Assembly (NCBI GenBank): GCA_000433255.1
Contig: HF998230.1
Location: 9,589-73,588 of the forward strand
Direction: 5' to 3'
DNA: 64,000 nucleotides
Source: Coprobacillus sp. CAG:605
GTDB lineage: Bacteria > Bacillota_I > Bacilli_A > RF39 > UBA660
The notes below the pieces were generated by a model. The model searched no databases. It was given only the letters and a program-made list of their open reading frames with translations, and had not been told where the DNA came from. Below are positions 46,569 to 54,767 of this stretch, piece by piece (position 1 is the stretch's first letter; the number at the start of each line of letters is the position of its first letter). The translations under genes and the position numbers were made by a program.

Positions 46569-47705
46569 TAAAATAACATAGGCGTATAGCCAAATAGTTA
46601 TGAAGTAGGATGGTATTATATGAATAAAAAATTAAAAATAGCCTTAGCATCTGTTGGAGTTTTATTAACCATTTGTATTTGTATAGGAATAAGTTATGCA
46701 TATTGGTTGACAGCAAAAACACAAACTGATGCCAACGTTGCTAAGGCTAACTGCTTTGATACTGTGTTTATCGAAAACAGTAGTGCAATTAACCTGGAAA
46801 AACAATTTCCTATAACGGATGAACAGGGAGAAGCACTAAAACCCTATTCATTCACAATTAAGAATACTTGTACATATTCTGCTAATTATCAAATTAATTT
46901 AGAGACATTAGCAAGTACCTTAAAATTAAAAAATCTTCGTGTTAAAATAGGCACTAAAGCTTCTAACCTTTTATCAAATTATCCAGATGCTAGTGCATCT
47001 AAAGTTATAAGTACTGCTACTGATGCTAGAAGATTAACAGTGGGTACTCTTGATACAGGAGATTCAATGACCTACGAATTAAGAGTATGGTTAGATAAAG
47101 ATACAACATTAGATGATATCAATAATACAGTTGGTGCAGATAATAGTTGGCAAGGAAAGATAACTGTTACAACAACCCTTGCTACAGATATAACCAACTT
47201 TGATGATGGTGTTATAGCGTCATACCCTAAATTATATCAAGGTTTAATTCCCGTTCGTTATGATGACTCGGGAAATGCCGTAGTAGCATCTTCTACTGAA
47301 GAATGGTTCAATTATGGTAAACATAAATGGGCTAATGCTGTTTTAGTAGATTGCAGTGACAATACAATAAAAAATAAATACTTTAATAGTGATATGCAAC
47401 TACGTGAAGACGCTGTAGGCAAGACTATTTCTATGGATGAAATATTACAGATGTATGTTTGGATACCAAGATACAGATATAAATTATTTAATGCCGCAAA
47501 TGGTACAGTAAATGAACAAGCTGTTCAAATAGAATTTGAAAAAGCTAGTGCTGATAAATCAACTGGTACTAAAAATGGCGAATGGCTAACTCATCCCGCA
47601 TTTACATTTGGCAATACGGAATTACCTGGTTTCTGGGCTGCTAAGTTTGAAGCCTCAGGCTCAACTGATAATTATCAAATTAAACCAAATCAAAAGTCCA
47701 CAGCA

Positions 47706-47887
47706 GTTGATGGTCAACCTCAATGGGGTCCTTCAATTACTGGGTGTGCCGGAGCATCTACAAGTGCTGGTGTATCAAGTTCTCAAACTGCTTGTGCCTC
47801 AGGTTATGATTGGACAGCTAAAGGTGTAAATGCTTCAACTACCGGTAACCAATATGGAATATATGATATGTCCGGTGGTGCTTGGGA
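47706..47887 (+). repeat. 182-bp direct repeat, copy 1 (encodes VDGQPQWGPSITGCAG..YGIYDMSGGAW)
   Basis: Aligns without gaps to 48103-48284. Most mismatches are at third codon positions. The offset of 397 nt puts the copies in different frames. Confidence 0.9.
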
Positions 47888-48102
47888 TTAGTGCCGCAAA
47901 AAGTATCACTTTGAATTCTACTAAATACGGGCTAAATAGTGGCGCAGTTGATTCTCATATGATGAAAAATACGGAGTGGGGTGCTATTGCCTTCCTAACA
48001 AACTCAATTTATGGACGTTATAATGATTCCTCAACTTGTATTGCATCTGGCTGTGAAGTATGGATAAATAATATAAATACTGGTTATGGTAATGGTACTG
48101 AG

Positions 48103-48284
48103 GTTGATGGTCAACCACAGTGGGGTCCATCAATAACAGGCTGTGCAGGATCATCAACCAGTGCTGGTGTTTCAAATTCTCAAACGGCATGTGCTTCTGG
48201 ATATGACTGGAAAACTAAGGGTGTTAATGCCTCAACTACAGGAAATCAATATGGAATATATGATATGTCCGGTGGTGCTTGGGA
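48103..48284 (+). repeat. 182-bp direct repeat, copy 2
   Basis: See copy 1. This copy sits in its expected place within the FGE-like domain. Confidence 0.9.
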
Positions 48285-48715
48285 ATATGTAATGGGTGTA
48301 CAAAAAGATTCTAATGGCAATGTCCAAGTTGGCTCGTCTGGCTTTAGTACTTCAAGTCTTCCTGATAGTAAGTACTATGACTTATATGATTACCAAGCAG
48401 AAGATGGAGTAGGTTATACTAGATATCATCTAGGAGATGCTACTAGAGAAGTTTTAAAGAATACTTCTAGTCAAGGAGGAAATGCTTGGTGGAGTGATTA
48501 TTCTTATAACATATTCAGCTCTGAGCCTTGGGTTATTCGTGGTGGCAATTACAACGACGGCTCCCGTGCAGGCGTGTTTGCCTTCAACCATTATAACGCA
48601 GGAGGTTGGACGATTTATTCGTTCCGCTCCGTGCTTTCTGCCGGGTAGTTGCGAAGCAACACACAATTTATAAGTTCAATAATATAACAAAACATATAAA
48701 AATATAATGAAAGTT

Positions 48716-48744
48716 AGCTATTAGTTCACACTAATAGCTTTTTG
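48716..48744 (+). terminator. rho-independent terminator after the FGE-like gene
   Basis: AGCTATTAG-TTCACA-CTAATAGCT plus TTTTT. Confidence 0.75.
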
Positions 48745-48803
48745 ACATCCAAATAAAAAAATGCTAGACCTTAGATAGTAATAATAAGGAAGGAAGTAGA
48801 AAG

Positions 48804-49037
48804 ATGAAGTTGAGTTTAAAAAACAAATTGTGGTGGGCTCAAAATAAAGATAGAATAACAAGAATAGGTATAATATCTATAACAGCACTTATCTTAGTAG
48901 TGTCTGCAATGTATTTTACATATTCAAAATTTACTGCTAAAAATGAAGCAACAGCATATGAAACAACAGTAGAAAAATTCACCAAAAAGGCTCTGTCCCA
49001 CAACTTTTGGGACAGAACCTTAATAGCAAAGAATTAA
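48804..49037 (+). pseudogene. N-terminal fragment of a second TasA-like/SipW-signal protein
   Basis: MKLSLKNKLWWAQNKDRITRIGIISITALILVVSAMYFTYSKFTAKNEA parallels the 46620 N-terminus (..CIGISYAYWLTAKTQ). Similarity is lost after about 62 aa, at a hairpin CTGTCCC-N9-GGGACAG. Confidence 0.55.
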
Positions 49038-49237
49038 GGAACATGATTTTAGCATTTATCAAAGATTCATCTAATGGAAGAACAAGACAGGAAATTAATA
49101 ATTATATTTATCCAAAAATGGATGGCGACATGATATTCAAAAATAATAAAACAAGAACATCATTAACATATTTAAGAAAAAAAGGATTAATTAAAAATAA
49201 AAATACATATAAAAAACCAGTTTGGTTTGTTAAATAA
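49007..49237 (+). pseudogene. orphan C-terminal winged-helix fragment
   Basis: LNSKELRNMILAFIKDSSNGRTRQEINNYI..TSLTYLRKKGLIKNKNTYKKPVWFVK looks like the wHTH tail of larger ATP-binding/Schlafen-type proteins. It has no N-terminal part and no RBS. Confidence 0.4.
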
Positions 49238-49250
49238 AATTATGCACAGT

Positions 49251-49288
49251 TCTGCAGAAAAATGCAAACCTCTGCGTAATTCTGCAGA
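49251..49288. repeat. 38-nt unit TCTGCAGA-N22-TCTGCAGA, copy A
   Basis: tctgcagaaaaatgcaaacctctGCGTaattctgcaga, with both ends the 8-bp palindrome TCTGCAGA. Confidence 0.9.
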
Positions 49289-49426
49289 AGAAAATGAAAT
49301 TCCTTTCCAAAAAGTATGAAAATAAGAAAGTGAAACCAAGCATAATCTAAAAAATGCCCCGAATATACGGCAAATTTTCACTTTTGATTTAATATTTAAA
49401 GCAAGCTTATTAGGTCATTACAAATC

Positions 49427-49464
49427 TCTGCAGAAAAATGCAAACCTCTTCACAATTCTGCAGA
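49427..49464. repeat. 38-nt unit TCTGCAGA-N22-TCTGCAGA, copy B
   Basis: tctgcagaaaaatgcaaacctctTCACaattctgcaga, 35/38 identical to copy A and 176 nt downstream of it. Confidence 0.9.
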
Positions 49465-49592
49465 CAAAAGTAAACTAGCGATAGATAAAGTAATTGAATA
49501 AATAAAAAACAGCCAAAATAGTACTTGCCTTATAATTGCTGAAATTAAAAAATAACAATGAAGTAATTCATTTATGTTAAAATGAAATAGTC

Positions 49593-49832
49593 ATGAAAAT
49601 GGCTGGGACTAGAACTGTAATATTTATTCCCGCAGTGACGAAAAGCTCTAACCCTTGGATGGTACGTGGTGGCGCTAATTGGGACGTCTCGCAAGCAGGG
49701 GTGTTCTACTTTTGGCGCTACACTGGTAGTGGAAACATTGAAAGATCGTTCCGCTCCGTGCTTTCTCGGCTAAACTATGGATTAAAGATAGTAAAAAAAT
49801 ATTTTTTTTTAAACACAAATAGAGGTTATTGA
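49593..49832 (+). pseudogene. orphan 3' fragment of an FGE/C-type-lectin-fold gene
   Basis: ..SSNPWMVRGGANWDVSQAGVFYFWRYTGSGNIERSFRSVLS aligns codon for codon with 48517-48648. A 21-nt identical block tcgttccgctccgtgctttct is present (49746-49766 vs 48619-48639). No upstream domain is present. Confidence 0.6.
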
Positions 49833-50044
49833 CTAAATATTTATATCTTAATTCATTGAAGTTCAGTTCCAATCTACAACAGTAGGTTAAAATTAATAAG
49901 AAGATTCTTAACTAGTAAATCAGTGAATTTTAAGCATCTTCCAAGTATTTGGAGTATCCAAAAGATACTCTCTTACTCGTAAAAATAAATATACAAAAAG
50001 CCTTAAATATGCTATAGTATACGTTAAAAGAAAGCGGGATAGTT

Positions 50045-50410
50045 ATGCTAATAAAAGAGGTTAGAAAAGAAAAAGTGGATTATATAAAAGCATGGGATAT
50101 GAAAAAATTAACCAAAGAAGAAAGTAAAATACTTGAATCTTTTAATAAAGCAATAGTTTATGAACTAAAAGACACTAATTTTTTCTTTGGTAATTATAAA
50201 GATAACGCTATTTGCTTAACTAAAAATAATAATTATTACGAAGTATGTCTTGGCTTTGATAAATATCGTCATTACGTTTTAGTATATAATAATCTCATGG
50301 AAGCTTGCCTTAAAGCCTTAGAACTATCCTTAATAAGCAGAGTAGAAGACGACGAGATTAAATCAACGGCTAAACGTGCCTTAACTAGAAAGCCAAACCA
50401 TGAAAACTAA
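50045..50410 (+). CDS. hypothetical protein (121 aa) overlapping the sigma factor gene
   Basis: ORF with an 11-nt overlap into the next gene. No domain recognised. Confidence 0.5.
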   Translation: MLIKEVRKEKVDYIKAWDMKKLTKEESKILESFNKAIVYELKDTNFFFGNYKDNAICLTKNNNYYEVCLGFDKYRHYVLVYNNLMEACLKALELSLISRVEDDEIKSTAKRALTRKPNHEN

Positions 50411-51101
50411 CATTTTAATGGAAGAACATGCTCCCACAATTTCCCAAGACGATCAAATAAAGTACCTAAAACTAGCCCAACAAAATAACAAAGAAGCTCA
50501 AGAAATATTAATTAAAAGCAATATCAAACTAATAATGCACAGCTTAAATAAGAAAAATCTCCCTAAGAACTATGAGTACGAAGACCTAGTATCTGTCGGT
50601 GCCATTGGCTTATACAAAGCAATCATGAACTTCGATATTACCAGCAACATTAAATTCAGTACCTTTGCCATAAAATGCATCGATAATAGCATCTATGATT
50701 ATTTTAAGAAAAGTATCAAAAGCGTAACTCCTAGTATTTTCTTAGATGCTTCCGTAGACGATTCTTCCTATAACACGCTAAAAGACATAATGCCTGCTGA
50801 TACTAACATAATATTTGATTATGAACTTAAAGAAGAATATGAAATTATTGATAAACTTGTACCTAGATTAAAGAAAAACGAACAATACGTAATAAATCAT
50901 TTTTATGGTTTTAATGGTTGTAAAATGCTAACGCAAAAAGAAATTGCCCAAAAATTAAAAGTTTCACCACAAAGAATAACCTGTATCTTAGCAACCGCCC
51001 TAAGAAAACTTCGTAATTATCTCTACCAAGAATATGGACTTGAACCAAGCTGCTCAGAACCAACAACTAGAAAACGTACTAAAAAACAAAATTGTCAGTA
51101 A
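50400..51101 (+). CDS. sigma-70 family RNA polymerase sigma factor (group 3/sporulation-like size)
   Basis: Region 2 EDLVSVGAIGLYKAIMNFDITSNIKFSTFAIKCIDNSI. Region 4 HTH LTQKEIAQKLKVSPQRITCILATALRKLR. Confidence 0.8.
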   Translation: MKTNILMEEHAPTISQDDQIKYLKLAQQNNKEAQEILIKSNIKLIMHSLNKKNLPKNYEYEDLVSVGAIGLYKAIMNFDITSNIKFSTFAIKCIDNSIYDYFKKSIKSVTPSIFLDASVDDSSYNTLKDIMPADTNIIFDYELKEEYEIIDKLVPRLKKNEQYVINHFYGFNGCKMLTQKEIAQKLKVSPQRITCILATALRKLRNYLYQEYGLEPSCSEPTTRKRTKKQNCQ

Positions 51102-51144
51102 CCCAAAAGTTTGATATACTATAAAAGAAAGAAGGACTTATAAT

Positions 51145-51783
51145 ATGCAATATATAAAAATTAAAAACGCTAGTAACATCATTACTAAATCACCATACTT
51201 AGTAACTAACCCTGAAGAAAACAAAAATAAATGGTCTAAAGTATTTAACAACAATAAACCTATCTGTATCGAAATTGGCATGGGTAGGGGAGACTTCATA
51301 ATCGGTATGGCTAAAAAATACCCTAACATTAACTTTATCGGTATCGAAATAAACGAATCTCAAATGGTTAACGCCGTTAAATTACTTGAAGGTCAAAAAC
51401 TTCCTAACTTAAAACTAATCTGCATGGATGCCACTAACTTAGCTGATGTCTTTGGTAAAGAAATAGATACTATCTATCTAACATTCCCTGAACCATGGCC
51501 TAAGAAGAAAGACATCCGTCGTCGTCTAACGCATGAAGTTTATCTAAGAATCTATGACCGAATATTCAAGAAAAATAAACACATTATCTTAAAAACGGAC
51601 AATAAAGGATACTTTGCTCATTCCTTAGAATACCTATCTCAATACTGGTATTCCTTCGAACGCGTAAGCCTTGATTTACATCATGATGAAGATCCAATTG
51701 AAAACGTTTTAACTAACTATGAAAAACAATATATCAAAGAAAATCGACCTATTTATTATGTTGATGCAAGATTTGATAATTAA
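51145..51783 (+). CDS. trmB: tRNA (guanine46-N7)-methyltransferase
   Basis: EIGMGRGDFIIGMAKKYPNINFIGIEI and LTFPEPWPKKKDIRRRL. Confidence 0.9.
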   Translation: MQYIKIKNASNIITKSPYLVTNPEENKNKWSKVFNNNKPICIEIGMGRGDFIIGMAKKYPNINFIGIEINESQMVNAVKLLEGQKLPNLKLICMDATNLADVFGKEIDTIYLTFPEPWPKKKDIRRRLTHEVYLRIYDRIFKKNKHIILKTDNKGYFAHSLEYLSQYWYSFERVSLDLHHDEDPIENVLTNYEKQYIKENRPIYYVDARFDN

Positions 51784-51845
51784 GCCATACTTCGACAAAG
51801 AATGACACCCCAGTAGTGTTATTCTTTTTTTGGAGATGAATTTAT

Positions 51846-52226
51846 ATGAAAAAAACGTTATTTTTTATTTTAAGCTTACTATGCAACATTAACCTTGTAA
51901 GTGCTAAAGAAAAGGGTAAACTTGATATCTACTATATAGATACTTTTGGTGATTTTCTAAGTGAAAAAGTTACTATCGAAGATGAAATAGGAGCCTCTTT
52001 TAACATAAGCCCTATAGAAATAGAAGGGTACTCTCTAGTCCGCGTTGACGGCACTGAATCGGGTACTTTCCAAGAAAATCCGCAAGAACTATACTACATG
52101 TATGATTTAAATGAATATCTTCAAGCAGACAATGTCCTAACCGGTATTGAAAAATTTCCTGACCTTAATCTTTACACCTTAGGTTTCCTAGTACTCATAT
52201 TAATTATTCTAAGGACTATCTTATGA
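51846..52226 (+). CDS. small secreted MucBP-domain protein with C-terminal anchor/sorting-like signal
   Basis: Signal peptide (..NLVSA). MucBP pattern GKLDIYYIDTFGDFL..IEGYSLV..GTF..PQELYYMY. Then NVLTG (52131-52145), a hydrophobic stretch and RTIL. Confidence 0.65.
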   Translation: MKKTLFFILSLLCNINLVSAKEKGKLDIYYIDTFGDFLSEKVTIEDEIGASFNISPIEIEGYSLVRVDGTESGTFQENPQELYYMYDLNEYLQADNVLTGIEKFPDLNLYTLGFLVLILIILRTIL

Positions 52227-52786
52227 AAAAGAAAATAACTATCTTACTAATTCTTCTTGATATAATTCTTATTTTAATTAATGTTGTTAGTATAGGTATA
52301 AGCTACCAAGACAATAAAAAATATCTTTCTAGTATCGAAGTGGTTTATGATAATAACTTAAATAGTGCTAATTATAAACCTAATGATATCGTTGGAACCA
52401 TATCTCTTTCTAAAAGTTATTACTTAGTTCAAGGTCATGATAACATCTTCTATCAAAACCATGGCCCTAATAAAGAAGAAAACAATTATGGTTCCATTTT
52501 TGTTGACTATCGCTGTAACTTGTTAGAAGATGGTGCTTGTTATATCTATTCCCATAGTTCTAACTCCTATGACTTACCCTTTAACGAACTCTTAAAGTAC
52601 CAAGATATTAATTACTTTAATAACCATAAATACATCAAGATATCATATTTTAATCATGAACTTTTATACGAAGTAGTGGCTATAACTTCAAACTATGAAG
52701 ACTACCAAGGACCATATTTATACCTTCAAACTTGTAAACTAGATAAAACTGGACTGATTATTTTAGTCCTAAAAAGACTTAAGTAA
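52223..52786 (+). CDS. sortase-family transpeptidase (class B-like, divergent)
   Basis: N-terminal TM, DIVGTISLS.., His region CYIYSHSS, Cys motif LYLQTC (TLxTC-like) and a downstream Arg (LKRLK). ATGA overlap with the preceding gene. Confidence 0.65.
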   Translation: MKKKITILLILLDIILILINVVSIGISYQDNKKYLSSIEVVYDNNLNSANYKPNDIVGTISLSKSYYLVQGHDNIFYQNHGPNKEENNYGSIFVDYRCNLLEDGACYIYSHSSNSYDLPFNELLKYQDINYFNNHKYIKISYFNHELLYEVVAITSNYEDYQGPYLYLQTCKLDKTGLIILVLKRLK

Positions 52787-52838
52787 TTGTACTTCTAATA
52801 TTTTTTTGCTATACTATTAGTGTTAGGTAGGTAATATT

Positions 52839-53507
52839 ATGATAACAGATTTAAATCCCAATAGAGGTAAAAATCCCAATGAAACATATGGTAAAAGAGC
52901 TTATGATGTTCATACAGCAGCCTTTTTAGCTGAAAATAGTGTTAGAAGTGAGGGTGCCAAAACCACTCGCAATGTCAAAGCTCAAAGAAAGCCCAAAAAA
53001 ACAAGTGACTTTGCTCGCCTAGTTTTAGCAGGCCTTGGCGCCATAGCAATTCTAGGTGTATTCAAAAAAGATGCCATTGTAAGAAAAATTGAACTAAATA
53101 AAGCAAACCGCTATATGCATGAAGAAATGATTGACGTCTTAGAAGAAAATGCCTGTGGCTTAATCGCTACCCCTAAATCAATCGGCATCACATCAACTGA
53201 AAAAGAAATCTTAGACGGCGTTGCTCAAAGTTTAGAAGATAGAGGTTTCACCGAAGACGAAATGTATTATGCGATATACGCAACCTGTGGAGAAGAAGAT
53301 TTAGCAAAAATGGTTTGCAATGGTGGTTATGATGGCATTAGAGGATACATGGAAGATAAACATTTTATTCAAGATTATCACGCATCTTACAACATGTTTG
53401 AAAATAACGTTGAAGTAGGCTATGTTGAAAACGTCAATAAATTAAAAAATGAAAAGTTAGAAAATCAAAATACTCTAAGTACGGAAGAAAGTGGCAGGGC
53501 ATTATAA
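52839..53507 (+). CDS. hypothetical bitopic protein
   Basis: Basic N-terminus, one TM (LVLAGLGAIAILGVF), acidic C-domain. Confidence 0.5.
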   Translation: MITDLNPNRGKNPNETYGKRAYDVHTAAFLAENSVRSEGAKTTRNVKAQRKPKKTSDFARLVLAGLGAIAILGVFKKDAIVRKIELNKANRYMHEEMIDVLEENACGLIATPKSIGITSTEKEILDGVAQSLEDRGFTEDEMYYAIYATCGEEDLAKMVCNGGYDGIRGYMEDKHFIQDYHASYNMFENNVEVGYVENVNKLKNEKLENQNTLSTEESGRAL

Positions 53508-53710
53508 TGATTAACGTTGAATTTTACCCTATAGATCATAAAATATATCTAGTTTTACAACGCCGAAATTACAATAATGTAAGCTATGTCTTTCTAGGTA
53601 ATGAAATGGATAACACTGACTTCATGATTAGAAAAGAAATTAATGGTAATCTAGAACCATTAGAAACCATGGATGAATTATATGAAATAGCACCTTTATT
53701 TATAAATTAG
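53507..53710 (+). CDS. hypothetical small protein (67 aa)
   Basis: Start overlaps the preceding stop (TAATG). Confidence 0.4.
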   Translation: MINVEFYPIDHKIYLVLQRRNYNNVSYVFLGNEMDNTDFMIRKEINGNLEPLETMDELYEIAPLFIN

Positions 53711-53768
53711 GGTGCTTTTTTCCTGTACTTTTGCTATAATCTTAATTAGAGAGGAGTTTATATTTTAT

Positions 53769-54767
53769 ATGAAATTTACAAATTTAGAAGTTAGAAATGT
53801 TAAAACAAAACATCGCAATAACGTTCTAATTAGTATCTTTATACTTATTCTAGGACTAGCTATATTACTTTGGGGGATTATTAAAGAAGAAAGAGCCTAT
53901 GAACAAGCTCTAGATATGAATACTATAATTGAAAATAGTAATGACAAAGAAGGCAAAATTACTTATATTAATGTTCAAAGTAAGCCATATTTATTCGCTG
54001 TAAGCTCTGATACAACGGATGCTTATTATATTGTAAGTGATGATAAATACATGTATATTGCTTACTTAAGTAAGGATACTTTCAATAAGTTAAATGTTGA
54101 TAGTATTGAATCTGCCCCAATAAGATTAGAAGGAATTACCAAAAATATTACTAGTGATATCAAATCACTTGCTCTAGATACTATAAACGAATATCGTACT
54201 GATGATAATAAAATTGCTACTAACGACTTTGCTTCTTACTTTGGCACTATCTATTTAGACGCTGTTAATAATGATACTATGCCTTTACTTCAAATAATTA
54301 TAGGACTTTCCTTTACTCTAGTAGGACTTATTATGACCATTATATGCCTAATTAAAAGTATTAGATTTAATCTTGCTCTAAAAAGACTATCTAGTGACGA
54401 AATATCTCTATTAGATAATGAAATGAACTCTAAAGAATCATTTTTCTATGAACGTGCTAATCTTTATTTAACACCTAATTATTGTATTAACTTAGATGGT
54501 ACTTTTAAAGCCATAAAATATAGTGATATTATTTGGATGTATTCTATTACTCAAAGAGTTAATTTTATTAAAATATCTAACAGTATTATGATAGCAACCC
54601 TAACTAAGAAATATAATATTGCATCCCTAGATACTATAACTCGTGCTAGTAAAGAAGTATACGAAGAAATATATAAAACAATTCTAAGTAAAAATGCCAA
54701 TATGTTAGTAGGATACTCCAAGTCATCAATCAAAAAATATAAAGAAATAACTAAGGAAAATGCCTAA
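53769..54767 (+). CDS. hypothetical two-TM membrane protein
   Basis: AGAGAGGAG RBS precedes the ATG at 53769. TMs are VLISIFILILGLAILLWGII and LLQIIIGLSFTLVGLIMTIICLI. Confidence 0.5.
   Translation: MKFTNLEVRNVKTKHRNNVLISIFILILGLAILLWGIIKEERAYEQALDMNTIIENSNDKEGKITYINVQSKPYLFAVSSDTTDAYYIVSDDKYMYIAYLSKDTFNKLNVDSIESAPIRLEGITKNITSDIKSLALDTINEYRTDDNKIATNDFASYFGTIYLDAVNNDTMPLLQIIIGLSFTLVGLIMTIICLIKSIRFNLALKRLSSDEISLLDNEMNSKESFFYERANLYLTPNYCINLDGTFKAIKYSDIIWMYSITQRVNFIKISNSIMIATLTKKYNIASLDTITRASKEVYEEIYKTILSKNANMLVGYSKSSIKKYKEITKENA

Larger units (their letters stand above)
46620..48648 (+). pseudogene. frameshifted gene: SipW-type signal + TasA-like N-domain + FGE-sulfatase/C-type-lectin-fold C-domain
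   Basis: ORF 46620-47891 stops at GGAWD*. The protein continues in the +1 frame (ISAAKSITLNS..HMMKNTEWGAIAFL..YGIYDMSGGAWEYVMG..WVIRGG..SFRSVLSAG*). FGE hallmarks are HPAF, GFWAAKFE, YDMSGGAWEYV, RGG and FR. Confidence 0.7.

Noticed and set aside
47706-48284. The two 182-bp repeats as a DGR template-repeat/variable-repeat pair.
   Set aside because: The mismatches run in all directions (t/a, a/g, g/c, c/a, g/t) and sit mostly at synonymous third positions. They are not restricted to positions where one copy has adenine. Both copies are A-rich and both are coding. This is ordinary paralogue-type divergence.
48454-48673. ORFs 48482-48673 (+) and 48454-48666 (-) overlapping the end of the FGE-like gene.
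   Set aside because: These are artefacts of the A-poor, GC-rich segment, which removes stop codons in all frames. They have no RBS and fall entirely within a better-supported frame.
49251-49464. A CRISPR array.
   Set aside because: There are only two 38-nt repeat copies, separated by 138 nt of spacer. No cas genes are present and there is no further periodicity anywhere in the window.
49644-49775. The orphan 3' fragment as the template repeat (TR) for the VR-like segment at 48517-48648, or the reverse.
   Set aside because: Many differences occur where neither copy has A: gag/aac third position g/c, ttt/ttc, tcc/tcg, ggc/ggg, tat/tac. Neither copy can be the adenine-bearing template of the other.
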